DNA from: Nitrospinaceae bacterium
GTDB lineage: Bacteria > Nitrospinota > Nitrospinia > Nitrospinales > Nitrospinaceae
Assembly (NCBI GenBank): GCA_965223665.1
Contig: OZ245011.1
Span: forward strand, 800,001 to 864,000
Direction: 5' to 3'
Length of the DNA stretch: 64,000 bases
Notes under the pieces: generated by a model
Told to the model about the DNA's origin: nothing
Databases searched by the model: none
Seen by the model: only the letters and a program-made list of their open reading frames with translations
Translations under genes and position numbers: made by a program
Shown: positions 51,159-60,454 of the stretch, piece after piece
Numbering within the stretch: the stretch's first letter is position 1
Layout of the letters: each line of letters begins with the position of its first letter

Positions 51159-51812
51159 CTAGCGCTTAAAGGTTCCGAATTTCAAAAAATGAGCAGTTTG
51201 AAATAATGCCTGGGAATTGTAAATAATAAACGTATGGGTGGCCGGAATAACAATATGATCAGTCACACCTTTTAACTGAGTACTTTTGACGGAAACTTTT
51301 CCATCATCAGGTCCATTAATGATATAGGATGAAATAGGATCTAAAGTATTGTTTCCTGCAATCACCCCTAATTCAAAATCAACGCTTCCAAGCATTCCCG
51401 AAAAACCATCTGGATGCACTCCCAGTTGCTGTCCAGCAGGGCCGAAAATCCATTTAAACAAAAAAAAGTTTTTTAAAAAGTCGGCAACTTCACTTCCATG
51501 GTTTGGAGGTGCAACTTGAACCACACGACCTAAATTAAAGGGTCTATATTTTTTTAGATAACCACGGATCAAAAGGCCTCCCATCGAGTAACCTACGAAA
51601 TGAATACTTCTTGTTTTATCTGTATTAAAGTTGGAAATTGGTTCGTGTATTTTTTCGACTAATTCCTGGATTTTATATTTAGTTGAAGCATAACCTTGGT
51701 TTAGAACCTGATAACCTTCCGATTTAAGCATTTTTTCAAATCGAGACATTGATCGGTGAGTCCGAGCAATTCCATGCAAAATTACCACATAATCATTTTT
51801 ATTTTTCTTCAA
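51159..51812 (-). CDS. Alpha/beta hydrolase (lipase/esterase-like)
   Basis: LHGI, HFVGYSMGG (GxSxG), PPNHGS, DDGKV, HTF. Confidence 0.85.
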   Translation of the reverse strand: MKKNKNDYVVILHGIARTHRSMSRFEKMLKSEGYQVLNQGYASTKYKIQELVEKIHEPISNFNTDKTRSIHFVGYSMGGLLIRGYLKKYRPFNLGRVVQVAPPNHGSEVADFLKNFFLFKWIFGPAGQQLGVHPDGFSGMLGSVDFELGVIAGNNTLDPISSYIINGPDDGKVSVKSTQLKGVTDHIVIPATHTFIIYNSQALFQTAHFLKFGTFKR

Positions 51813-51892
51813 GGTTGACCTTCTAAAAATAAAAAAACATAATTACTATTTAAATTTGTGAAATAAAAAGAACAAATCTATTTGCCAAACTC

Positions 51893-52291
51893 ATGAGTAC
51901 TGATCCCCATAATTATTTTTCAAATAACATTGCGTTCATAAGCTACCCAACTACCAATTTAAAGGTGACTACAGAATTTTATCAAAATTTTTTCGGATTA
52001 CAGCCCCTTCTTGAAACAGAGGATTGGGTTGAATTCAAAGTTGGCAACCAAAGGCTCGCGTTTAACAAAGCGGATCATCCTCCTAAATATATCCCTCAAA
52101 AGGGAGCAATAGTTTGGCTAGAAACATCTTCTATTGAAGAAACTGTGAAAGCCTTAAAAATCAAAGGGATAAATATTATTCAGCCCATTAAATCCTATCC
52201 TTATGGGAAAATGGCCCAGTTCGAGGACCCTACAGCAAATATTTTTGGACTTTATCAATCAACTTCTAAAAAAAATAACCCTAAAGTTTAA
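51893..52291 (+). CDS. VOC/glyoxalase family protein
   Basis: EFYQNFFGL, WVEF, YGKMAQFEDPTANIFGL. Confidence 0.8.
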   Translation: MSTDPHNYFSNNIAFISYPTTNLKVTTEFYQNFFGLQPLLETEDWVEFKVGNQRLAFNKADHPPKYIPQKGAIVWLETSSIEETVKALKIKGINIIQPIKSYPYGKMAQFEDPTANIFGLYQSTSKKNNPKV

Positions 52292-52321
52292 AGGCATATA
52301 TTTTTATAGTAAGATAGTGGA

Positions 52322-52834
52322 ATGACAAATCCTTTAACACATTTTAATGAAGAAGGTCGGGCAAAAATGGTGGATGTTACCGATAAGGGCACTACCGAGC
52401 GCATTGCTACCGCAGAAGGTACCGTCTACATGCAACCAGCAACACTTCAATTGATTACTGAAGGTCAAATAAAAAAGGGTGATGTTTTAGCGGTTGCTCA
52501 AGTTGCTGGAATTATGGGAGCAAAAAAGACCTCTGAAGTTATTCCAATGTGCCATCCTCTGGCTTTGACCTCAGTCGATATAAGTTTTAATAAAAATTCG
52601 ACTCCAGATGCCAAAACCGGCCTGGTATCAATCAAGGTGACAGCAACCGTAAAAGTGAAAAGTCAAACCGGAGTTGAAATGGAAGCTTTGACAGCGGTTT
52701 CGATGGCAGCTTTAACAATTTATGATATGTGTAAAGCTGTTGACAAAGGTATGGTTTTTAACCGGATTGGCTTGGTATTTAAAGCCGGTGGAAAATCAGG
52801 TACCTTCCAGCGTGAAAACGTAGCGGAGGTGTGA
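52322..52834 (+). CDS. moaC: Cyclic pyranopterin monophosphate synthase
   Basis: LTHF...[38 protein letters not shown]. Confidence 0.97.
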   Translation: MTNPLTHFNEEGRAKMVDVTDKGTTERIATAEGTVYMQPATLQLITEGQIKKGDVLAVAQVAGIMGAKKTSEVIPMCHPLALTSVDISFNKNSTPDAKTGLVSIKVTATVKVKSQTGVEMEALTAVSMAALTIYDMCKAVDKGMVFNRIGLVFKAGGKSGTFQRENVAEV

Positions 52835-53088
52835 CTATGATTACTGTAAAATATTTTGCAAGCTTAAAACAACTTGCGGGTAAGGATGAAGATCAATTTG
52901 ATATTGAAGGTGAAATTTCTGTTTCCAAACTTGGAGATTTAATTGGTCAATCTCTCCCCAAAGTCGGCGATATGTTAAAAGAAAAAAAAGTGATGATATC
53001 AGTAAATTATGATGTAGTTCCTCTGGATAGCATTGTTAAAGATGGAGACGAAGTTGCATTACTGCCGCCATTCTCAGGTGGTGTCTAA
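52831..53088 (+). CDS. moaD: Molybdopterin synthase sulfur carrier
   Basis: VKYFASLK...[14 protein letters not shown](V). Confidence 0.92.
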   Translation: MTMITVKYFASLKQLAGKDEDQFDIEGEISVSKLGDLIGQSLPKVGDMLKEKKVMISVNYDVVPLDSIVKDGDEVALLPPFSGGV

Positions 53089-53103
53089 AAAAGGAAGGAT
53101 ATA

Positions 53104-53541
53104 ATGAGCACGACTACCGATTCCAAAGTAAGAATTCAACGAGAAGACTTTTCGGTTACCGATGAAATTGAATTTATGAAAAAGTCTTCACAGAATATTG
53201 GTGGAATTTCCATTTTCTTAGGGACTGGGAGAGAACTCAATAAAGGGGAAAGTATATCTGAACTAAATTTTGAACATTATCCCCAAATGGCAGAAAAGAA
53301 ATTAGAAGAAATCAGGTTAAAAGCAATTAAGGATTTTGGAATCATCGATATGAGTATTATCCACCGAATAGGACATATTGATATTGGGGAAAATATTGTT
53401 TTAATCATTGCTTGCGGCGAACATAGACAGGAAGCATTTAAATCCTGTGAATGGGCTATTGCCGAATTAAAACGAACTACTCCTATATGGAAAAAAGAAA
53501 CCACCACCAAGGGAGAAGTTTGGGTTCAAGCGACACCTTAA
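53104..53541 (+). CDS. moaE: Molybdopterin synthase catalytic subunit
   Basis: EHYPQMAE, HRIG, HRQEAF, LKRTTPIWKKE. Confidence 0.95.
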   Translation: MSTTTDSKVRIQREDFSVTDEIEFMKKSSQNIGGISIFLGTGRELNKGESISELNFEHYPQMAEKKLEEIRLKAIKDFGIIDMSIIHRIGHIDIGENIVLIIACGEHRQEAFKSCEWAIAELKRTTPIWKKETTTKGEVWVQATP

Positions 53542-53593
53542 ATATTTTCAAATTAGTTTTTCAATTTTGACTCTTCTCGTTCCATAACTTTCT

Positions 53594-56257
53594 ATGGACT
53601 CGCCCATACAGCTTGACCAACTGGTCCTAACGGCAAATTCTCGCCTATCTCGTTGGCTATTGTTACAATATAGTCAAACCCAAATCCAAAATAATCTTTC
53701 CATTTGGGAAACTCCCAATATTTTTTCTATAGATCATTGGCTTAATGAAACTTGGGTTCAATCATGGCCTGACAATTACCAAATCTCAAACCATCAATCC
53801 CTAAAACTTTGGGAACGTATCATAAAAAATGAATCTAAAAACAAAAAATGGGATTTATTGCATCTTCGAGGGGCAGCACAATTAGCGGCACAAGCTTATT
53901 CATTAATAATTAAGTACAGAGTTCCTGAATCAAAAGTAGACTTCGAATATACCGAGGAAACAAAAGCATTTTGGCATTGGAAATCAAATTATGAATTCCA
54001 ATTACGCAATCTTAAAGCCGTGGAACCAGCAACCTTAATGGATCTTATAAAACAAGATATGGAGCACGGTAAAATTTCCATTCCAAAAAAAATATGTTTT
54101 GCCGGCTTTGATGAAATAACTCCTCAACTCCAAGATTGGATAAATTACCTAATTTCTAAAAATGTAATTGTAAATTATTATCCCAGCCAACCAGACTTAA
54201 AAATCAAAGCCAATACAAATCTAAATCCATTATCAAAAAGAACAATTCAAAATTTTGATACCCAAAAACAGGAATGTAATCAATGTGCTCGTTGGGTTCG
54301 ATCAATATACAGGCCAGGAAAAACGATAGGAATTGTCGTTCCTGATTTGGCCAAATATGAAATAGACATTAAAGTTGAATTTCGTTCAGAACTGTTTCCA
54401 AAAATGGTTTTTCCATGGGAGAAAGGAGAGTTGCCCTTCAATATTTCTTTGGGCACATCTTTATCCAAAGAACCAATGATTCAAATTGCAGTTTTATTAA
54501 TTTCTCTTGACCAAGAGACTATCCCGTTTAATTCTTTATATTCGATTCTCACTAGTACCTATATAAAAGGAAGTAATGAATTCACTTTAAAAGTAAACAT
54601 TGATAAAAAATTAAGAAAAGAAAGAAGATTAATCATATCATTAAAATCTTTACAAAAAGAGTTCTTTGAACTCCCATCTAAATCGCAACAGGTATTTGAA
54701 TCAATAACTTCCTGGATTGGAAATAAAGGCTTCAATTTACCAAGTGTTTGGGCACAAAACTTCTCAGACCTTCTTAAAGGTCTAGGCTGGCCCTATGGGG
54801 ACAACTCAGAAAATTTCGACAATATTGCACTACTTGATGCGTGGAAAAATTGCTTAGAGGAACTTTCATCACTAGATTCTATTGAAAGTAAAATACCACG
54901 AAACCGTGCAGTTTCTATTTTAAAAATTATTATTGAAGAAAAAATTTATCAAACAAAATCACTTGAAGAATCCATTCAAATATTGGGAATTTTGGAATCA
55001 ACTGGAATGACTTTTGATTATTTATGGGTCATGGGACTTCATGCGGACACACTTCCTACGACACCCTATCCTAATCCGTTTATTCCGTTTCACTTGCAAA
55101 AATCACGAGATCTTCCCCATTCTTCACCGGAAAGAGAACAACGATATTCAGAAGAAATGTTGACTCGTTTGCTTAAATCTTCCCCCAATGTGGTTCTCAG
55201 TTATCCAATTTGGGATGCAGATACCCAGCTCCGAATTAGTCCGTTAATTGCTGATCTTGAAACCAACAATTCTTTTCCACAAACCCTAAAATCTCACAAA
55301 TTAATAAATAAATTAATAAAGCAAGATGAAACAATTTGGGAAAAGGACATTCCTAATATTCCTCTTTCAGATGAAGAGAAGAAAAATCTAAGGGGAGGCC
55401 ATTCAATTTTAAAAGACCAAGCCAAATGTCCTTTCCGCGCATTTGCCATCCATCGTCTGAAAATTAATTCCAGGGAAATGCCTATGGTTGATGCGGACTC
55501 ATTAATGAGAGGAAACCTGGTTCACAAATTATTAGAAAATTTTTGGAGAGAAGTTAAAAGTAGTGAAGCACTTTATAAATTGAACCAATCTAATATTTTA
55601 AATTCCAAAATAGAAAGAATTGTTGAAAAAACTATTAATGAAAAAACACATTTAACAAATCAAACTTTTTTTTCTGAATTAGAGCGTGACCGTTTAATTT
55701 CCCTTTTAGATGAATGGTTAATTCTAGAGCTACAAAGGGAACCTTTTACCGCCAAACATTTAGAGAATAGGACAAAAATAAATTTAAAGGGTTTAGAATT
55801 TAATTTACAAATTGATAGGGTAGATCAAACCGATACCGGTAAAAATATTTTAATTGATTATAAAACAGGAAACCCCAAAACAGATTGGTATCATACAAGA
55901 ATCCAGGAACCTCAAATACCCCTCTATACCTTGACCTCGGAGATCAAACCAGATGCTGTTTGTTTTGCAACCGTCAATAAAGGTAAAAACAAATTTCTAG
56001 GAATAAGTAAATCCAAAACTTTAATACCAGGATTAGATACCTTTAAATATACCAAACACATAGGACATGATACTTGGGAAAACCTTTTAAAAACCTGGGA
56101 AGCCAACCTAAATCAACTCACCGAGAACTTTATTAATGGAAATTATGAAATTGATCCCTGGAACTTAAACCAAACTTGTAGAAACTGTCATTTAAGTTCT
56201 TTTTGCAGAATAAACGAATTGGGAAACATAGATGACTCTGAGGAGGAAACCCATTGA
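53594..56257 (+). CDS. addB: AddB-like PD-(D/E)xK nuclease subunit with Fe-S staple
   Basis: AKCPFRAF, RGNLVH, IDRVD, LIDYKTG, QIPLY, TCRNCHLSSFCR; stop overlaps the addA start. Confidence 0.8.
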   Translation: MDSPIQLDQLVLTANSRLSRWLLLQYSQTQIQNNLSIWETPNIFSIDHWLNETWVQSWPDNYQISNHQSLKLWERIIKNESKNKKWDLLHLRGAAQLAAQAYSLIIKYRVPESKVDFEYTEETKAFWHWKSNYEFQLRNLKAVEPATLMDLIKQDMEHGKISIPKKICFAGFDEITPQLQDWINYLISKNVIVNYYPSQPDLKIKANTNLNPLSKRTIQNFDTQKQECNQCARWVRSIYRPGKTIGIVVPDLAKYEIDIKVEFRSELFPKMVFPWEKGELPFNISLGTSLSKEPMIQIAVLLISLDQETIPFNSLYSILTSTYIKGSNEFTLKVNIDKKLRKERRLIISLKSLQKEFFELPSKSQQVFESITSWIGNKGFNLPSVWAQNFSDLLKGLGWPYGDNSENFDNIALLDAWKNCLEELSSLDSIESKIPRNRAVSILKIIIEEKIYQTKSLEESIQILGILESTGMTFDYLWVMGLHADTLPTTPYPNPFIPFHLQKSRDLPHSSPEREQRYSEEMLTRLLKSSPNVVLSYPIWDADTQLRISPLIADLETNNSFPQTLKSHKLINKLIKQDETIWEKDIPNIPLSDEEKKNLRGGHSILKDQAKCPFRAFAIHRLKINSREMPMVDADSLMRGNLVHKLLENFWREVKSSEALYKLNQSNILNSKIERIVEKTINEKTHLTNQTFFSELERDRLISLLDEWLILELQREPFTAKHLENRTKINLKGLEFNLQIDRVDQTDTGKNILIDYKTGNPKTDWYHTRIQEPQIPLYTLTSEIKPDAVCFATVNKGKNKFLGISKSKTLIPGLDTFKYTKHIGHDTWENLLKTWEANLNQLTENFINGNYEIDPWNLNQTCRNCHLSSFCRINELGNIDDSEEETH

Positions 56258-59200
56258 TGGAAATCCAAGACTTATCTGCAAGAAAGCAAGCTTTGGAGGT
56301 AGAAAACTCATTTTTAATTCAGGCCCCTGCAGGATCCGGAAAAACAGAATTATTAATCCAAAGGTACCTCAGTTTATTGTCAAAAGTTCAAAAGCCAGAA
56401 CATATACTAGCCATGACCTTTACCCGAAAAGCAGCAGCTGAAATGCGAAATCGAATTTTTAACGCGTTAGAGCGAGGCAAAGATACAAATGAGCCTAATA
56501 AAGAACATGAACGTTTAACCTGGACACTTGCCAGGTCAGCATTAAACCAAAACCAAAAAATGAAATGGGGATTGTTAAATAATCCTGCAAGACTCAGAAT
56601 TCAAACAATCGATTCTTTTTGTGCATCTCTCACTAAACAAATCCCATTATTAACAGGAATCGGCAGTTCCCTAACTGTTCAAGAGGATTCATCATCTCTC
56701 TATCTTGAAGCTGCCCGAAAATCTTTAGAACTAATCGAAAACAACAGCCCAGAGGGTGAAAAATTACGCTCTATTTTAAAGCGGTTAGATAATTCAAAGG
56801 AAGGGTTCATCAAAAGATTTTTTCAACTTCTTCAAAAAAGAGATCAATGGATGATTAATTTTTCTGAAGATTGGCAAGAATCCCCTAACAAAATTGATCA
56901 GGAAAATTTATTAAAAGATCTTATTGAGTCAGACTTAAAAAAATGCTATTTGGCTTTTCCCAAGAATATCGTTAAGGAATTGCCACCTTTAGCTGCTTAT
57001 TGTGGAAATAATTTAAATTTAGAAAACTCTGATGATCCTAGGTCTCACTTAAAGGATATTAACGAATTTCCGGAACCCACCATAATTAATCTGAAGATTT
57101 GGAAAGGCATGGGTCATTTACTTATTACTAATAGTGACCACAAAATCAGGAAACCAGGTGGTGTAAATAAAAACACAGGTTTCCCATCCACAAACTCATC
57201 AATTGCTAAAAGGAATAAAGAACTATTTCAAGGAATTCTGGAAAGCCTTCAAGAAAATCATTACCTTGAAAAAAATCTTTTTAAAGTAACTCAATTGCCA
57301 GATCCTGAATATTCTTTACTGGATTGGAAATTTTTAGAAACTATTTGGCAGGTGTTTCCAATTCTCTCTAATACATTACGCACCGTTTTTAAAGAAAAGG
57401 GTCTAACAGATTTTTCAGAATTGGCTTTGTCGGCAATAAAAGCTTTGGGAAGTGATCAAGTACCTACAGATCTTTTATTAAAATTAGATATGCAGATTCA
57501 TCATATTTTAGTAGATGAATTTCAAGATACTTCTTTTAAACAATTAGAGCTCTTGAAAAAACTAACTCTGGAGTGGACCCCTGATGAATGGAGAACTTTA
57601 TTCATTGTGGGAGATCCCATGCAATCTATTTTTAGATTTCGTGATGCAGAAGTTGGCTTATTTTTAAAAATCCGTAAAGATGGAATAAATAATATTAATT
57701 TAAAATATTTACAACTTACTTCCAATTTTCGTTCTCAGGAAGGAATCGTCAATTGGGTTAATAATTGTTTTTCAAAAATTTTTCCTGATAAAGATGACCC
57801 GGATCGAGGTGCAATTGCCTTTAACAAATCCACTGTTGTAAATCCCAAATTAGAAAGCCTGCCTGTCATATACAACTCAATAACAGACACCCAAAATAAT
57901 GAAGAAGCTCTTAAAATAATTACTATTTTAGATAAAATAAAATCGAAAAATCCAAATGACTCCGTTGCCATTCTTGTTAGGGCAAGGCCACACCTTCTGA
58001 ATATAGTTTCCGAATTAAAAAAAGCCGGAATACCTTACCAGGCAGAGGAAATTGACCCTTTAACCCAACGTCCAGAAATAATTGATTTACTTTCTTTACT
58101 TAGAGCTTTAATTGATCCAATGGATAAATTAGCATGGCTTTCAATTTTAAGAGCCCCTTGGTGCGGCTTAACACTTAAGGACTTGTGGATTCTTTGTAAC
58201 CATGGCAAAGACACTCCACTTTGGATAGCATTAAATTCTAATTCTATACTTTCGAAACTCAGTCAAGACGGACAGCAACGCATTCTTCGATTAATCCAAC
58301 CATTTCAAAAAGTAAAGAATCATTGTCAAAATTCGAATTTCAGAGATATTCTCGAGGGTACGTGGATTGCTTTGGGTGGACCTTCTTGCATTCCCTCCAA
58401 TACAATTGATGATGTAAATGTATTTTTTGACAAAGTGGATGAAACTCTTTTGAATGAAGGCTTGAATGGGCTTTTTAATTTTGAGCCAAAACTAGAGAAT
58501 TTGTTTGCAAGCCCAAAAACAGGAGAGGAAAATTCCATAAAAATCATGACCATGCATAAAGCCAAAGGATTGGAGTTTGATCATGTAATTTTACCGGGTC
58601 TGGGAAAACAGCCTAGAAAAGAAGAAAAACGACTTCTACATTGGTTAACTCATGGAGATCACCTTCTATTGGCCCCTATTCACGAGGCGGGTGAAAAAGA
58701 ATCATCAATTTATAATTATTTAAATCAACTTAATAATGATAGAAATTATCATGAAACAAAACGCCTTCTTTACGTGGCAACAACTCGTGCCAGAAAATAC
58801 CTTTATTTATTTGGATACATTAATATGAACAAAGATGGAACATGCAAACCTGCATCGGGTTCCTTAATAAGCCATCTTTGGCCTTTTATTTCAGATTCCT
58901 GGAAAGTAAACACACCATTTTCTTCTATAGATGAAGTTTCTTTTAATCCAAAGGAAAAAAGTATTTCTTTTAGGCGCCTTCCAATCACATTTAACCTACC
59001 GAATCCTTTCGAAGAAATAAAAACAGATTTTTCCAGTGAATTAGTACTGGACAATCCATCGAATGATATAGAAAAACAACCTATATATGAATGGGTCGGT
59101 CATCAATCACGATGTTTGGGAATTATTTTGCATCGTTGCTTTAAGGAAATGGGTGAAATGGGATTAGATATATGGGAAAAATCAAATTTAAATGATATTG

Positions 59201-59631
59201 AACATAAAATTGCCATTGCCCTCCAGGGAGAAGGGTTGTCTTCTCAAGAAGCAATAATTTGGGCACGAAAAGGAAAACGTGCAATAGAGTCTTCTTTGAT
59301 GGATGAAAAGGCAAAATGGATTTTCAAAAAACATAAAGACAGTCACTCTGAGTATGCATTGAGTTTTTATAAAAATAACGTGTTCACAAACAAAATTATT
59401 GACCGTACCTTTATTGATGAAAATAATGTTCGGTGGATCATTGACTTTAAAACTGGGGAGCACATGGGCACGGATATAGAGATTTTTTTAGACCGAGAAT
59501 GTCAACGACACCGTTCTCAATTGGAACAATATGAGACTATGATTCGTTTGCGAGGGGAAAAACTTCCAATCAAAAAAGCTTTATATTTCCCCATTTATCA
59601 ACGTTTAATGGAAATTCCTCCCAATAATTAA
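56254..59631 (+). CDS. addA: AddA-like UvrD helicase/nuclease
   Basis: APAGSGKT, TFTRKAA, VDEFQDT, VGDPMQSIFRFR, MTMHKAKGLE, YVATTRA, IIDFKT. Confidence 0.88.
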   Translation: MMEIQDLSARKQALEVENSFLIQAPAGSGKTELLIQRYLSLLSKVQKPEHILAMTFTRKAAAEMRNRIFNALERGKDTNEPNKEHERLTWTLARSALNQNQKMKWGLLNNPARLRIQTIDSFCASLTKQIPLLTGIGSSLTVQEDSSSLYLEAARKSLELIENNSPEGEKLRSILKRLDNSKEGFIKRFFQLLQKRDQWMINFSEDWQESPNKIDQENLLKDLIESDLKKCYLAFPKNIVKELPPLAAYCGNNLNLENSDDPRSHLKDINEFPEPTIINLKIWKGMGHLLITNSDHKIRKPGGVNKNTGFPSTNSSIAKRNKELFQGILESLQENHYLEKNLFKVTQLPDPEYSLLDWKFLETIWQVFPILSNTLRTVFKEKGLTDFSELALSAIKALGSDQVPTDLLLKLDMQIHHILVDEFQDTSFKQLELLKKLTLEWTPDEWRTLFIVGDPMQSIFRFRDAEVGLFLKIRKDGINNINLKYLQLTSNFRSQEGIVNWVNNCFSKIFPDKDDPDRGAIAFNKSTVVNPKLESLPVIYNSITDTQNNEEALKIITILDKIKSKNPNDSVAILVRARPHLLNIVSELKKAGIPYQAEEIDPLTQRPEIIDLLSLLRALIDPMDKLAWLSILRAPWCGLTLKDLWILCNHGKDTPLWIALNSNSILSKLSQDGQQRILRLIQPFQKVKNHCQNSNFRDILEGTWIALGGPSCIPSNTIDDVNVFFDKVDETLLNEGLNGLFNFEPKLENLFASPKTGEENSIKIMTMHKAKGLEFDHVILPGLGKQPRKEEKRLLHWLTHGDHLLLAPIHEAGEKESSIYNYLNQLNNDRNYHETKRLLYVATTRARKYLYLFGYINMNKDGTCKPASGSLISHLWPFISDSWKVNTPFSSIDEVSFNPKEKSISFRRLPITFNLPNPFEEIKTDFSSELVLDNPSNDIEKQPIYEWVGHQSRCLGIILHRCFKEMGEMGLDIWEKSNLNDIEHKIAIALQGEGLSSQEAIIWARKGKRAIESSLMDEKAKWIFKKHKDSHSEYALSFYKNNVFTNKIIDRTFIDENNVRWIIDFKTGEHMGTDIEIFLDRECQRHRSQLEQYETMIRLRGEKLPIKKALYFPIYQRLMEIPPNN

Positions 59632-59789
59632 AATTGTTTTTTATTTTTAACCTCTGAAAATCATCAAATATAAATAAACCTCAAAACAAAATTTTTATTT
59701 TCTTAAAATCATTGGTTTTCCCCTACTTTTGATACTTCCTTCACTTTTGCAAAACAATTTACTCAAAAATTTCCAATTAAAATTCCAAA

Positions 59790-59805
59790 TGGAATAAATA
59801 TTGCT
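59790..59805 (+). promoter_or_regulatory. Putative sigma54 (-24/-12) promoter
   Basis: TGGAATAAATATTGCT = GG-N10-GC, about 105 nt upstream of the 59911 ATG. Confidence 0.55.
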
Positions 59806-59910
59806 TCTAAAGACGAAGTATCGCGTATCTCCCGTTTTAGGAGTTAGCACCCGCATTTATATTTCTCACTCCGAACGGTTTATAAATATATTCCAAAAAG
59901 GAATGAGATA

Positions 59911-60342
59911 ATGCGCCAATTTATTTTTTATGTTTTACTAATTTTTGTCATCTTTGGCATTCCACAATTTGCAAATGCAACTAAAAATCAATTTCATCCA
60001 GAGCCCGAAATAAGTACTCACTTTAGTTGGTATACAGAATCAAATGGTATGCTAACAATAGGTTATGACTTAAACCACAATGGCAAACCAGATTTTTTTA
60101 CGGTTCGAATTGTTCGTTGTCATTTTTTCTCAAAAGATAATTTAATAACAGTTGCGCACAATTATCCGGGAACTCCTGTATTCAAAGTAAATTATGGAGC
60201 CGCAAACCATTATTATATAGCCACTCGACATCCCTTAATTTATGCTTTAGATCTTAACGAAGATGGTTTTTGGGATCTTTCCAGGAAAGATATTAACGAA
60301 GATGGGTGGAACGGAAATGAAGAATTAAACGAATTAAGGTAA
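59911..60342 (+). CDS. Secreted hypothetical protein with Dx[DN]x[DN]G calcium-binding-like motifs
   Basis: Signal peptide ending ANA; YDLNHNGKPD, LDLNEDGFWD, KDINEDGWNGNE. Confidence 0.75.
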   Translation: MRQFIFYVLLIFVIFGIPQFANATKNQFHPEPEISTHFSWYTESNGMLTIGYDLNHNGKPDFFTVRIVRCHFFSKDNLITVAHNYPGTPVFKVNYGAANHYYIATRHPLIYALDLNEDGFWDLSRKDINEDGWNGNEELNELR

Positions 60343-60391
60343 GATTTTTTAAGAGTTATTATTTAATTAAACTCTCTCCCTATTGATGAAC

Positions 60392-60429
60392 AAAAAAACA
60401 GGAAGAGACTGCGTTAAATCTCTTCCTGT
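60392..60429 (-). terminator. Intrinsic terminator after clpB
   Basis: ACAGGAAGAGA/TCTCTTCCTGT inverted repeat with an adjacent A-run (U-tract on the minus strand). Confidence 0.8.
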
Positions 60430-60454
60430 CCAGTCGGAACACTTAAAACCCGAT

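Noticed and set aside
53594..59631. Nuclease + helicase pair as an anti-phage system or Cas4-like module
   Set aside because: Order, size, Fe-S staple and motifs match housekeeping AddAB, in core-gene context.
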